Part shown: in pieces, positions 51,067 to 63,425 of the stretch
How positions within the stretch are numbered: the stretch's first letter is position 1
Layout: the number at the start of each line of letters is the position of its first letter
Assembly: GCF_018977255.1 (NCBI RefSeq)
Contig: NW_024704749.1
Location: 22,134,001-22,198,000 of the forward strand
Reading direction: 5' to 3'
DNA from: Callorhinchus milii
Taxonomy: Eukaryota
Length of the DNA stretch: 64,000 nucleotides
The notes under the pieces: model-generated
Told to the model about the DNA's origin: nothing
The model's input: only the letters and a program-made list of their open reading frames with translations
Databases searched by the model: none
Made by a program: the position numbers and the translations under genes

Positions 51067-51319
51067 AGGGTTGCTAAGCCTGGACTTAAAGACAGATAGG
51101 AGGTGGGGGGGTGAAATGGGTAGAGGCAGAGAGTTTCAGAGGCACAGTAGCTCCTGGGTCAGAAAGTTCCACCCCACGCTAGAACTTGAACTCGTATTCC
51201 AGGCAGACGCTCCAGTGACCTGTAGCTCAGCAGTGTGTTCTCCCCAGGGTTGGCTGGGTTTCAGACTCTGTTACATGAGCAACATGCGTGAGCTGAAGCT
51301 GTCACTTTTCTCCTTCTAG

Positions 51320-51407
51320 ATTAATGGCTGTTGAGGACGAATTGAAGAAAGATCACGCTGAGATGCAGGCAGCCGTGGACTCCAAGCAGAAGATCATTGA
51401 AGCCCAG
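51320..51407 (+). CDS. DAB2IP: DAB2IP coding exon ([29 protein letters not shown])
   Basis: ttctag| acceptor, cag|gtcagc donor, 88 nt; translated by hand. Confidence 0.95.
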
Positions 51408-51509
51408 GTCAGCGACACTCTGTTTCACTCTGTACACCGTGGCATTTGTTTACAATGAAGAAGCCCTCACTCCTCCTCACACTCGCATACACACACCAAA
51501 CCTTGAGGC

Positions 51510-51790
51510 GTAGGAACAGAAGGCCATTCACACCATCGAGCCTTTTCTGCCTGTTTCTTGAATCACGGCAAATATGTAATCCTATCTTTTAATCTTATTC
51601 CCCCACCTTTTCCACACAACCCTTAATATCTTGAGTTCCCGAATTTAACTTTTAAACACCCCAATTAATCCTGCGTCTTTGGCCTTCTCGAGCAGTGTGC
51701 TCCACATTCCACCGCCATCTCTCTGGCGAGCAAATGTTTTCTGATCTCTAAATTTAAGACTCCGTCCCATTGTTCTGGATCCCTCAAACC
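51510..51790 (-). mobile_element. CR1 3' fragment
   Basis: gtaggaacagaaggccattcacaccatcgagcc... is the reverse of a CR1 3'UTR. Confidence 0.6.
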
Positions 51791-51987
51791 AGAGTGAGTT
51801 GATGAGTTATATCTGCGGGTTAGTAAAATACAGCCTGATTATTGTTTCAGTTAATGGATTTTGAAATGATCTCCCTCTTGTGCACAATTAGCTGCCACAC
51901 ACTGAATGAACAAGTTGAAGTCCCACGTGTATTTAAGATTTAAGAATTCCATTAATCTTAAAACCTGAGCTCCTGGGATATATTTGT

Positions 51988-52318
51988 GGAGCCCTGTAGC
52001 ACAGGGGTTAGAGCACTCGCCTTGCAAGCAAGAGCACCTGGGTTTGATTCCCGGTCAGGGCGAAATGTTGGGCAACTTTCCTTACGCCTCGATTGGCAGT
52101 TCGTTTTTCCGGGGGTAATAATCCCTTCAAAATAAATAAATAAATAATTTGGTCACCCAATCCACGACTGTTTGTGGGGACGCTGCTGTGCGCAATTAGC
52201 TGCCGCGTTTCGTCCACAAAATATTACAGTCAATTCACTTTACAGCATATCCTGTGAAGCGTTTTGAGACGTCTCGAAGTCGTGATAAGCTGCTTTATCG
52301 AATGCAAGGATTATTATT
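51988..52318 (+). mobile_element. DeuSINE, near full length
   Basis: tRNA head, core and tail; ends ~55 nt upstream of the last coding exon acceptor. Confidence 0.85.
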
Positions 52319-52372
52319 GTTGATGGGATATATCTGTGGCCCCCGAACCATTCAGGATGTTGTTCCCAACAG

Positions 52373-52540
52373 GAGAAGCGCATCTCCTCGCTGGACGCTG
52401 CGAATGCACGGCTGATGAGCGCCCTGACACAGCTGAAGGAGAGGTACAGCATGCAGAGCCGCAACGGCATCTCGCCCACCAACCCCACCAAACTGCAGAT
52501 CACCGAGAACGGCGAGTTCAGGAACAGCAGCAACTGCTAG
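52373..52540 (+). CDS. DAB2IP: DAB2IP last coding exon (EKRISSLDAANARLMSALTQLKERYSMQSRNGISPTNPTKLQITENGEFRNSSNC*)
   Basis: caacag| acceptor, TAG at 52538-52540; C-terminus matches recalled DAB2IP (...ENGEFRNSSNC). Confidence 0.96.
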   Translation, partial: EKRISSLDAANARLMSALTQLKERYSMQSRNGISPTNPTKLQITENGEFRNSSNC

Positions 52541-52576
52541 TGCAGAGAGACCAGCAGGGTGAGGCAGGCGCCGCAG

Positions 52577-52655
52577 AGAGCACAGCACAGAGCGCCATGC
52601 GCGGCACGGCACAGTACGGCACAGCACACTACAGCACAGCACAGAATAGGCAGCA
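52577..52655 (+). repeat. Degenerate pentanucleotide repeat (ACAGC/ACGGC)n just after the stop codon
   Basis: gcacagcacag...gcacggcacagtacggcacagcacactacagcacagcacag. Confidence 0.75.
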
Positions 52656-55600
52656 CCAGGAGCAACCGAGACATCCTCAGCCAACGACCTTGTCATCAAC
52701 AGGTGTATTTTTGTAAAAGTTCATGTGGACAAGTGGTCACCAAACAGCAGGCTAATGACCCCCCCCCCCCACCCCCCCCTCCCTCCGGCAGTTGTCAGCC
52801 TTTAATGGGGCTTTGGTTCAATATGTGATCAGGAGTCGGGTAAGATTCCCGTGACGATGCTGACTGCAGAGTGAACCTGACACTGGAGAGAGCAGAGCAG
52901 GGACCTTTGCTCATTTAAGTTGACCACTCAAACTGGGATCTGGTGACTCCCACGTAGTGGCGCAGATTGATCAGTCCCGGATCACTCCGGAGACGGTGCC
53001 TGATCACTCCTGGATCTCTCCAGAGTAGTGATAGTGGTGTCTCTCGCTGGAGGCTGATGCACTGTACTGTGAGAGCTCCTGGGCAAATGTCTCTCGGTGA
53101 GAAGTGAGGGTTCACTCTGGTCAACTTTGTACTTTCCTACATTCATTCAGTCAAATCCACTTTCAGATCTAATGCTGGGCCTGTTTCCTACAAGTGACTC
53201 GTGTTTATTCCACTATCGCACCAAGTGATGACAGTTTTCAGATCTCGACTTCCCAGACAGGTGCTGCGTTTATGTGCTGGACGAGTGAGAGAGAGAGAGA
53301 GAGCGAGGGAAGGAGAGGTGTTTTGTTTTTGTCGTTGGTTTTGGCTGCTCTTCACCTCAGTCTCTCCAGTTGCACTTTTGTCACTGCCCGACGACTTGTC
53401 CGTCAGGAACTCAACTCTCTGAATCTCGTCGAAGGAAAATGCTGCTCGTTGGTTGACGAGAGCCTGAAATGGGTCTTTCTTACCCACTGCTCCACTCCCC
53501 CAGCCGAGTCGAGTTAACTCCCGTTTTACAGAGAAACTCCTGGCTCGAGTGCTCAGAGCCGCTACACAAATGCAATAGAGGCGACCGCAGCAAAGGGAAG
53601 GCTGTAATTTTCAACAGGGTAGAGCACAGAAGAGCCAATGTTCACTTAAAGGATCCTGTTAACCTCATTGAAGTTTTCAACGGAGTGAGTGGAAGGAGCG
53701 AGCCGTGAGGTGACTTAAGTGGACATTCTCGTGCTCACTACAAGTATGGAGTACATACTTTTCAATGTATTTTTGAAATGTATTTATCTTGGTTGCTGTG
53801 ATCCTGGCTGCACAGCGCCAGGGCATATCCCTTGTGGACATTGTGTTTTTAATGTTCTTTTTACCATGATTGATGGTTCCTTCGCACCTTCTTTCTCCTG
53901 CGTTAGATGCTTCTGTGGAAACACAATAGCAGCTGGAAGCCTTTTAGGACACAAAAAAAAAGTGAAGTCAGAGTTTTAACAATACAGCACTAAAGCCATA
54001 GTGCTGTACATATAACTATGTACATTTTTCAGAGATCTTTACAAAAAGTGAGAGAGAAAAATACCATATCTACTATCGTCCCAATATTGTTACCCACGCC
54101 AGCCAATTCTTTTGCATCTGTTCCGTGTTAAATTCTACTCTATTTAATCCGACATAACCTGTATATAGTTAACATCTGTTTCTGGTACTGCTTGCCTCAA
54201 AGTCTCTGCAGAGTGGCTGCATCTTTTATGTTGTGTAAAAATGTGTGGAGGGAATATATATATATATATATTAAAAAAAACTGCCCGGGGTGGCAAAACC
54301 CACCCACTTATACAAACAAACAAAATCACTGTGTGATTGCAAATCGTGGTTCTGTAGTCCTAAAGACCATTTGTTATATAACTATTGACTTTTCAGAGTT
54401 GCAGCATCTTAAGTTGCATCATATTCGTTACACCAATGTAGGGAAGTATCACTGTTTACCAGTGACGGGGATTAAAAAGCCATCAGACTGTGGGTTCACA
54501 GGAAGAGGAGGGTTGGGTTTGTGAGCTGATTTGTGTATTGCCATGGGATTGCAACCAGGCTGCACTGTCGGCACTCTCTGTCAACGCTGGGAGTGGTTCT
54601 TCTATTAAACAAAAGAGAAGGAACCTTCACATCGCCAACAAAACACCACACAGTTTTATACTGTGTTTATACATACAGTCTGCCTTACAGAGGCCTTATT
54701 CTCCTCTTATTCTGTGGCTTTGTTTCTTGCCGAATGCGGTGTAAAACGATTCTATAATCTGTCTGGAATATGGATTTTCTTTGAAGTGCATGCAGTGTGG
54801 TGTTCGAATGGTTCCGCGAGTTGCTGTGTTTATCGATTGGGGGAAAATTGGGTTTATTCTGCGTGTCGTTAAATGATTTTTTTATATATACACATCTATA
54901 TATNAAAAAAGTTTGAAAAACACTGAAGATCCTAAAATGTAAATATATTTTTTCTGTATAAACGAAAACAACACACAGAACATGTAATTTTTCTTAGTTT
55001 ACCCTTTTACTGGGTACTTTTAGAAATACTGTACCGAACCTGGAGTAAAGCAGGTCATTTAGCCAATCTTTTCACCAAAGTTCAAAAGAACAATTTATAC
55101 TGTAACTCTCGCTTCAGAATAATAGACTGATTTACAGGTTGAGGTCTCATTCTTTTTGAAGGCCTGAGCGTCTGTGATAAATCGCTCAGAGCGATTATTC
55201 TTGGCATCGTGACCAGTGTGGCAACAGACACATTCCTAGCGTTCTTTATAACAGTGCCATAGTTTCTCTTCATGCAGAGGGTGGCACTGTGTTGACCCCC
55301 CACCACCACCCACCCACCCCCGCCCTGGGGTCTGCCAAAAACTGTGGCATTTACAATCCAGTACCCAGGACTCATGAGTTTGCAGCGAGGGTATTTAGCT
55401 TGCAGTCCATGAATTGTAAACCCCACCCCCCCTCCAAAAAAATGAACAATTCCATTTGAAATTGTTCACCAGCTTTGCAAATACATCCCGACTCAGGTTT
55501 GATGTTATGGGTTACACTCTGGGTGGGAGAGGAGCATAAATCAACCCATTGTTACTCTTTTGGGCCCTTTTTGTGGGCAATCAAACACTTAACAAGTTGC

Positions 55601-55664
55601 AAGTTTCCACATCAGGCGTTGCTCTCAACTTGTGCAAGAAACTTGTTCAAAACCTCAGCAGTTC

Positions 55665-55817
55665 CGGCATGCATCGCGCCGGCTACAGGCATGTGTCGTG
55701 CAACGCACCCGTTACAGGCATGTGTCACAAAGATTACAGGCGTGTGTCGCGCAGGTTACAGGCATGTGGTCACACAGGCGACAGTTACAGGCAGCGTCAC
55801 GTGGTGCGCTGGTTACA
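55665..55817 (+). repeat. Degenerate ~22-nt minisatellite in the 3'UTR
   Basis: About six copies of (g)ttacaggc(a/g)tgtgtc. Confidence 0.7.
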
Positions 55818-56126
55818 CTCTTCATTTTACATTTATTGGCTTCCCAACAAATCAGAACTCAAATGAACTCGATGTCACTCTCTCTGTCTTGTCCTCCGTA
55901 CTGTTGGAAGCTCGGACACCTGCAGATTAACTGGTGCCCATGGATGCTCACACCTGGGAAAGTGTTGTACGTTTTATATACCTTACACTTTTGTAAGTAA
56001 GTTTAAAGTTTTAAAGTATTTGCTGGACGCACTTCAGCTGTACTTAAAACGTGTAATAATGTACAGAGCAGTTGGTTGTGTTAAAAATACGTGGCTGTGC
56101 AATTTATGTACATTTGCAACTAGACT

Positions 56127-56132
56127 ATTAAA
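56127..56132 (+). terminator. Probable DAB2IP polyadenylation signal (ATTAAA)
   Basis: ATTAAA with several upstream TGTA (CFIm) motifs and a downstream T/GT-rich tract (ttcttgttgcggttttg). Confidence 0.6.
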
Positions 56133-57019
56133 GTTTTATTTAGCTATTTTAACCGATTTTTCCCATTTTCTTGTTGCGGTTTTGCACTTTGACACCGTAG
56201 AATTTGCACCAGAGCCTCTCCAAAATGCACCCCATTTGCGAAAGGTGCGACAAGTCCATTCTGTGCTCCAATCACCGTATCAAGTCGCCCCTTCGTGTGA
56301 TTCAAGATTCTCTTATTGAAGACTTCTGTCAAGAAAATGGTGATTTGGAGAGCTCTGGTAGCAGTGTCCAATTGCAGAATTGTCTTTTACAAACACTACA
56401 TACAGAGACTCAGCAAAAACATGAGTGATGTAAGTACAGCGGCACTCACGTGCGTACACACACGCACACACACACACGTGCGCATGCACTCACACACATT
56501 CACAAACACACCCAAAGTTCAAGGTGGAGGACGATTGATGGTGGACTTCCCGGACACTCTGTAAAGGTCAGTTCAAAGTTGTCTGTTCGATTGATTGCTG
56601 TGTGTCTGAACTACAACATTGCACTGCTGCAATCCTCAGGCTACAGATAGTAACACGTGGGGCAACCGAAGATCATGTTCTGTCTCGCGAATGAGCCTAT
56701 AAACTCCTGCTATTTCCACTTGGAAAATTTCCGCACACACATTGCCAACGTCCCAGGTTTGAACCTCTCCTGGGTATTACCTTGGCTGGGCTCAGGCAGC
56801 CAGCACTCCAGTGCAGCTTTCTTGGCCTTGTTACTGAATTCCTACCGGCTGCTCAACATCAGGAGCTCGTTACACTGACTCACATCCGCTGGATTTTGCT
56901 TTGGATTATTTTGGGGATTCTAATGATATATCGGTGCATTGGCTTTTGACCATTCGACACTCTCGGACAGTGAATGGTGAAGCACTCCTAGTTTATCGTG
57001 TCCTGGGAGTACCGTCCCA

Positions 57020-57285
57020 TTTCACCCACACAATATACAGTCAATTCACTCAACAGTATATTCTGTGAAACGCTTTGAGACGTCTCAACAACGTGATAAC
57101 GCACTGTATCACCCACAAAGTGTTTAGTGAATCCACGACTGTGGGACATTGCTTTGCACAATTGGCTGCCGTGTTTCTCCCACAGAATATACAGTCAATT
57201 CACTTTACAGTATATCCCGTGAAGCGCTTTGAGACATCTTGAAGACGTGATAAGGCGCTGTATCAAATGCAAGGACTATTATCGT
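57020..57285 (+). mobile_element. Two tandem DeuSINE 3' fragments
   Basis: atatacagtcaattcact... occurs twice, each followed by a tail. Confidence 0.78.
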
Positions 57286-58149
57286 ATTTAAGCTGTCTTT
57301 GTCAGTCGCACTCACTGGCTGTTGGAATGAAATGCCCAAAATCTGAAGCAACGGGCAAGAACAAGAACATTAACAATACTGGAATATGGTTTTATTTAAA
57401 CAAAACAAAAGGCATTTGTAAATGAGAATTCCTCTGTTAGCTTCCTGCCGCATCTGACTGCCCACGTTTTGGGAAAAGTCACTGGTTTCTCACATAACAT
57501 CTGCCTGACGACTGTTTCGGAAATGATGGTCCACTTCTGAGCGCAGCTGAGCATTGGCAGCTTACATTCCTCTGACTTGAGAGATGTGGAACATCTGTGA
57601 ATTGAGATCTTCCAACTTTCCCCAGCCAGTGAAATGCTTTTAACTCTGTCCCGTCTGCGCTCAGCTTTGCTGGCAATCTGTGTGTTGTTTTTTTTATTTA
57701 TCGACACTCAGCTGATGGGACTATCACTGACAAAGAACCTGGAGTTCTTGCCCTTTCCTTCCTCATCTTCAGATCGTGCCTGAAGAGCTTCCTCTCTGAC
57801 TGTGCCTATGGTCACCTCCCCCATCTCAGCTTTGTGCTCCATCTCTATCAAGCGCTCTGGGACCCTACCCTGCGTGAGGGGCACTGTGTAAATGCAAGTT
57901 ATTGTTTGCTTACGGGAGGAAAAGACCTAAACAATCCAACAAAAGGTTTGGGGAAAAGAAAAGGAAGCGATTATGGTGACTTGTGGTCATCATCATCATC
58001 ATCATCATCCTTGCACTTGATAGAGCGTCTTTCCCATTGTGGGGTTAGGGAATCAAAAGTGCGTCACAGGATACAGTATAAGGTGTAGTGACTGTTTATT
58101 TTGTGGAGTCACGGTTGATAGTGTTTGTGGTTGCTTGGTAAGTTCTCCG

Positions 58150-58602
58150 AGACGCTGCCCCGCGTGGCAGGTGCTATATATTCAAATTCAAGATCCTCAT
58201 CCTCACCTACAAGGCCATTCACGGCCTTGCTCCCTCCTATCTCTCCAACCTACTATCCCCCCACGTACCTGCCCGTACCCTCCGTTCCTCTGGCTCCGGT
58301 CTGCTCCACATCCCCCGCCCCAACCGCCCTACCATCGGTGGTCGGGCCTTCAGCCTCTCAGCCCCTAAGGCTCTGGAACTCTATCCCCAGTGCCTTTGCC
58401 GCTTCCTCCCTTTCCTCCTTCAAGGCCGGTCTCAAAACCTTTCTCTTCAACCGAGCCTTCAGCTCCCCTCTCGACTCTCTTACCCCCTCCTCGCTCCCTC
58501 CCCTCACCCTGACCATTTCCCCCCAATGCTCGGGTCCCGACCCAACTGTCCAGTGCCTTGGGACGTCATCCTGACATGAAAGGCGCTCTATAAATGCAAT
58601 CT
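58150..58602 (+). mobile_element. L2 LINE 3' end
   Basis: FKILILTYKAIHGLAPSYL-like segment and LRLWNSIP...FKAGLKTFLFNRAF; tail gggacgtcatcctgacatgaaaggcgct. Confidence 0.82.
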
Positions 58603-59944
58603 TGTATATAAGTACAAGATGTTGTTTTTGGTTGTGCCCATGATAGCGGTCAGTTATCGATGTGTGTATCTGTATATGAGCTGTATAACTTGGCAGGTGT
58701 GCAAGTATCCCTCCAGCGCAAGTGACTAGGAATTCCTGAACCCGGATAACATAACTCAGTCACCAGATACTTCCAGCCCCGAACCCTTAACTCTTGACCC
58801 TTGTGAGTAGCCCTTTTCATGCAGAAGCGTGGATCAGGATTAATATCGAGTTGATTGTACATTGAAAGCCATCTCATCCCAATCCCGTGGTCTAATTCAC
58901 TTCAGAGTCCAGCGCCTTGGGACGTCCTCCCGACGTGAAAGGCGCTATTAAACATAATTTGTTTATGCTGTTTTTTAAATAACTTATTTTGGCGGGTATG
59001 ATTGCCACCTACAAAATACAGTCACTACACCCCTTACAGTAAATCGTGTGAAGCGCTTTGAGCTATCCTCTCGGATCAAATGCAAGGATTATAAAAATTA
59101 TTAGTGTAGTTAAGAATTTGGTAGGAATTCTTCTTAAACCTGAGAATATTATGGCTTTTAAGGCTTCATCAGACGCATATTATCCTGAATAGCGACGTGA
59201 CTGGAGTTCAGGATCAATACTCCTGATATCCTGAGGCAGTCCATTATCAATAATTTAACTTACCAATTTGTCCATCAATCATTCGATTGATCAATTAGGG
59301 TTCTGTTCTTAAAATTAATTTTAAAAAAAATCTCACCGCTGTTCGTGCTGTTTCATTTGGGCAATTTATTCCGCTGACGTGCACACACGACGGGGAGCAA
59401 TATTAATCTGTTCCTCTGAAATTCGTATTAATCCTGGAGGTTTGATTAGCCTTGTTGGAGAGGGCGACCTTGTATGTGTGTGTGTGCTACACAGGAGGAA
59501 GCAAGAATCTCTGCCTCTAACTCTCTGAAGGCCACAGTCAAACACTGCAAATGACTGAGAAATAACTACATCTAAATTTCATGCTTCTTTCAGACACAGT
59601 TTGGGTAATATAACTTCCCCCCCCCCCGTAATAATTAATATTAATACAGGCAGCAATGTATCGCCTTGTGGCATTCTTTTAGCAAAGAAAGCAACCGTGG
59701 GTTATTAATTCTGACTGGGTTTTGCTGAGCTTCGGTAATTTCGAACTAATAATTTTGCATAATATCCCGTTAAAGCCCCAAATTGTCTCAAAAGTTTTGC
59801 GTTTTGAAGACTACGACGGGAGTAATTACAAGTCGCTGCTGGTGATAGCAGAATCCAATAAGGCGGTGAAGCAGACCGCATCGCATTGGCTGCTCCTGCT
59901 TTTTGCTAACCACAGCAAGTGTGACCAACTCGCGCTTAGATCTA

Positions 59945-60270
59945 ACAGCAGCAGCAACTTGCATTTATATAGCCCTTTACACAGGGCAGGGTCTCAAAGC
60001 GCTTAACAGTGGCGGAGCCTGACGCCAAACCCCGGGGGGGGAGGTGGGTGACTGTAAGTGCGGTCGAAAAGGAAGTCGTGATCCAAAAAGGGGAAAGAGG
60101 CCGAGGTGGAGGGATTGAGGGAGAGTTCCAAAACGTTGGGGCGAAGTGATTGAAAGCACGGCCGCCGATGTTGGAGGGGGCGACAGATGAAAAGGAGGCC
60201 AGAGGCAGCCGAGCCGAGGCAGCGGGTGGTGGAGTGGGGAGAAAGCGGGTCGGAGAGGTGAGGGGGTGGG
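59945..60270 (-). mobile_element. L2 LINE 3' end (third tail type)
   Basis: Minus ORF includes IGGRAFNHFAPTFWNS; tail gagaccctgccctgtgtaaagggctatataaatgcaagttg. Confidence 0.72.
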
Positions 60271-61952
60271 TGGGTGGGCGTGAAGTGTCCGGGTTACTGA
60301 GAAAACTCCCATTGTTTTTGCACTGAGGCTTTGGCTGTGAGAGGTCGAAATGTGACACCAGAGTGATATCTCTCGCGTCGATGATGAATGGCGGCGAGGC
60401 CAGGACACAATGCAGCAACAATGCTCGGCTCGTGCCCGTTGCCTCGAGCAAAACAGGAGGGACGCAGAACCCTCGCAGAGCAGCGTGGCTCCGATTTGCT
60501 CCCGGCTACGTTGCATCTGCAATGACTGGAGCTCCGGTGCAGGAAGAATTCCGGCAAAACCGATTTCCTCTCGCTCGCTTGCTCGCTCGGGAACAATCAA
60601 TGACATCGCTCCTGCAGTCGTTTGCTCATTTTATTCTCAATAGTTATTAAAAAAAAATTTGCGAAAGAGGTGGACCTTGAAATGTTGCATAAGGAGAGGA
60701 AACTGTGTAAAAGGCACAATTTATTAGCCGTCTGCTGTCAGCATTTAGGCGATACAGGAGCTGGAAGAGAGACGGCTTTCTGAGAGTTCTCAGAAAGGAC
60801 CACCAGAGACTCAGGTAACTTCCCTTTGGCTTATGAAACGCAACACTGAATAGAGAAAAGGCCAGTGCAGTGCCCAGCCGTGGTCATTCAGCTCCCACAG
60901 GAGCCATTTCCATACCACACCACGTGATTGGAGTTGATCAGCCATAATCTCATTGAATGCAGAACAGTCTCAAGCGGCTGAATGGCGAGCATCCGTGTTT
61001 ATGTGAGTGTGTGTGTGTGTGTTCCGTATGTGAATGTTTATGTGTACGAGGGGTGTGTATGTGTGTATTTATGGAGGGATAAGTCAACAATAATAATCAT
61101 TACATTTGATATTTCGCCTGATCATGTCGTTGAGACATCTCAAAGCGCTTCACAGGATACGATACACAAGTCAATTGTATTTCAGGTGCGTCAGTCTGAA
61201 ATAAAATGTTAAGAAAATGCTCTTTGGAAATGGAGAGCTCTTGCTGGGAGGTGACAACACGTATAGTCTCGTGCACTCGCGGTTAGATTAGCCCCTGCAG
61301 CAAAGTTCAGCTTCAGAGCACAGAAGTTTATGTGTTCTCTGATTCCCACACTGTCCGTACGGCTCGCTTTACGCTTCGGGATTTTTTTTTTACGAAACTG
61401 ATTTCCCTGGAGTCGTAGTGGGCTTTCAAGCGGTTTAAAAACTTGTTTACTATTTCACAGGCTTCCGGATCGGGTGCATCCATCAAATATTTATTGGGGT
61501 TACGTCAGTGATAAGCGACCGGAAAATATACAAACAAATCAAGACCTCGGAGGGTGTTGGAAATGACGCCAGTGCCTCTGTTAATGAACGTAAGTAAGAT
61601 TTATTTTGTATCAAGGTAGTAAAACCAGCTTTAGCTTCAGGTTGCTGGCTTTCGGCCTGTTGTTTGAGTCCCACTGTTTACCGAAACGATAACCTCTCCA
61701 GCGCTCAGCGTCCGTCCTCTCATCGGCACTCCCACCGACTGAGATTGGGAACTCTGCAATTGACGCAGGAACCAGCTACTGCACCAGGGAACTATCATTT
61801 CGGGTGAAGCACCATTTGGGAAGCGATAAGATAGATATTGGCTGTTGTGTGCCCGGGGGCTGTGGTGAACCACCTCGTCCATATTAAATAGCATTTTCCG
61901 GTCCCAAAATACTGATTATTATATTGACTTAAAATTATATTGGACCTGATTT

Positions 61953-62004
61953 TTTATTAGCAGAAGGGCACATTTTACTTTATTAAAAATCATTCATATT
62001 TATT
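61953..62004 (-). terminator. Cluster of three AATAAA hexamers, candidate TTLL11 polyadenylation signals
   Basis: tttatt on + strand at 61953, 61979 and 61999, ~1.4 kb past the TTLL11 stop; further copies at 61490 and 61600. Confidence 0.45.
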
Positions 62005-62354
62005 TTCATGTATAAAATGACTTTAATTCTGACCAGTGAGTGCAGGACTCGGGAATCCTCACACAAAGCATTCTCCATCTCTCCCTCCTTTCCATTTTCA
62101 GCTTAGCATTTGGATAAAGAAGTGACAGGAATATGTGCAGGTCAAACAAATGGCAGAGTTCCTCCTCTTTACCATCGGTAATGGTCTCCTGTTTCCTTCT
62201 AGCGGGAGAATTCCACCTGTTCCCACTCACTTCCCACTCCCGCATTACCTTTCCCAACAGACAAGTGTTCAGATTGTGCCTTTGCTATAAATCCTGCTGT
62301 TTACAGAACTACACCAGCAGACCAGGGGAATGGGTTACAGTCTTGAGTGCTATA

Positions 62355-62512
62355 TATACACACACCCACCCTCCAACCTCACACACTCACATTCATATAC
62401 AATCCACACACACACACACATCCCCGTACACACACACTCTACTTCACAAACACACACACACACACAGACATACATCCATATACAACCCCGGCCCCTGCCC
62501 CACACACACATT
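62355..62512 (+). repeat. Interrupted (CA)n microsatellite region
   Basis: Multiple cacacaca runs. Confidence 0.85.
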
Positions 62513-63425
62513 CAGTGAAATAAGAGAGTGAAGTGTACAGTGACATTGTACATTGCCACACCAGTGAAATGAACTAATCATTCAGTGCAGACTGTTCACC
62601 CTCCCCCCCTACAGTCTGTGAGAAATTGACAGGGGATCAGGGTCGCTCTGTGTCAGACACAGGCTGTAAATCAAATGCCTGGCGAAAAGGTGACCCTCTC
62701 AAACCCTGAGCTTGTCATTGTGAAGAGGGTGTGTGTGTCTGTGCGGGAGCAGTGGCAGGGGGTTGAGAGGCAGTGTAATACATGGAGCAGGAATAAGTCT
62801 CCTACGAGGGAGGGTGTGTGTGTGTGTGTGAACAGTTTTCATCTGACACGTCACCAATCAAATGACAAATGGCCCACTCTTCCTGCTGCGATTGATCCAT
62901 TTTTCAATCTGGGAATCTGTCTGTACCGAAAGTACGTGAGAAAAAGGCATTTATGTCCTAAATCTGTTCGACAGATGACAAAAGGCTCACTTGGTATTTG
63001 CTCTGTGCCCGAACCACACCGAACATGAGGGAGTGTGCCACTGCCAGGGTCTGCTTACCCACTGCCTACCCACCCTCTCCACCGACCCCTCTCCCTCCCC
63101 CTCCAGCAGGTGTTGGTTGGTCAGGAAACGAGCCCCCAAAAAATCTGATCGAGAGCGGAGAGAGAAAACGTCAGCCACGAACCAGCAGAATTTTTCATGA
63201 CCTCAAGATTTAGGGCGGTTTGGGCGGGAATTTATGGAATTTTAGCACCTACTCCAGATGTTCCCAATCCCGGTTAATCGGAAGGCTCGGTCACATCCGG
63301 AAAGAGAGCGAGTGGCTTGGGGTGGGGCACTTTGAGCAGCCGTCAGCGGGAATTTGGTTAAAAAAATCTTACAGGGAAGGCGATAGATCCAGGGGGAGAG
63401 GGAGAGAGAGGCAGCGAGTGCATTG

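Larger units (their letters stand above)
52541..56155 (+). other. DAB2IP: DAB2IP 3'UTR (~3.6 kb, 3' end inferred)
   Basis: No recognisable SINE/LINE across this stretch, unlike the introns; AU-rich blocks with TGTAHATA motifs; ends near ATTAAA at 56127. Confidence 0.7.

Noticed and set aside
52336-52828. Overlapping ORFs across the DAB2IP stop
   Set aside because: Out-of-frame readings extended by the pentanucleotide repeat.
55475-56000. Three overlapping ORFs of 105-151 aa
   Set aside because: Produced by the stop-poor minisatellite in the 3'UTR; no homology evident.
60363-60650. ORF containing RRAAWL, tested as a displaced DRTAAWLL exon
   Set aside because: Only four residues match, flanks are unrelated, and it lies downstream of the gene end.
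60776-60797. Perfect palindrome ctttctgaga-gt-tctcagaaag
   Set aside because: Short and isolated, with no supporting context.
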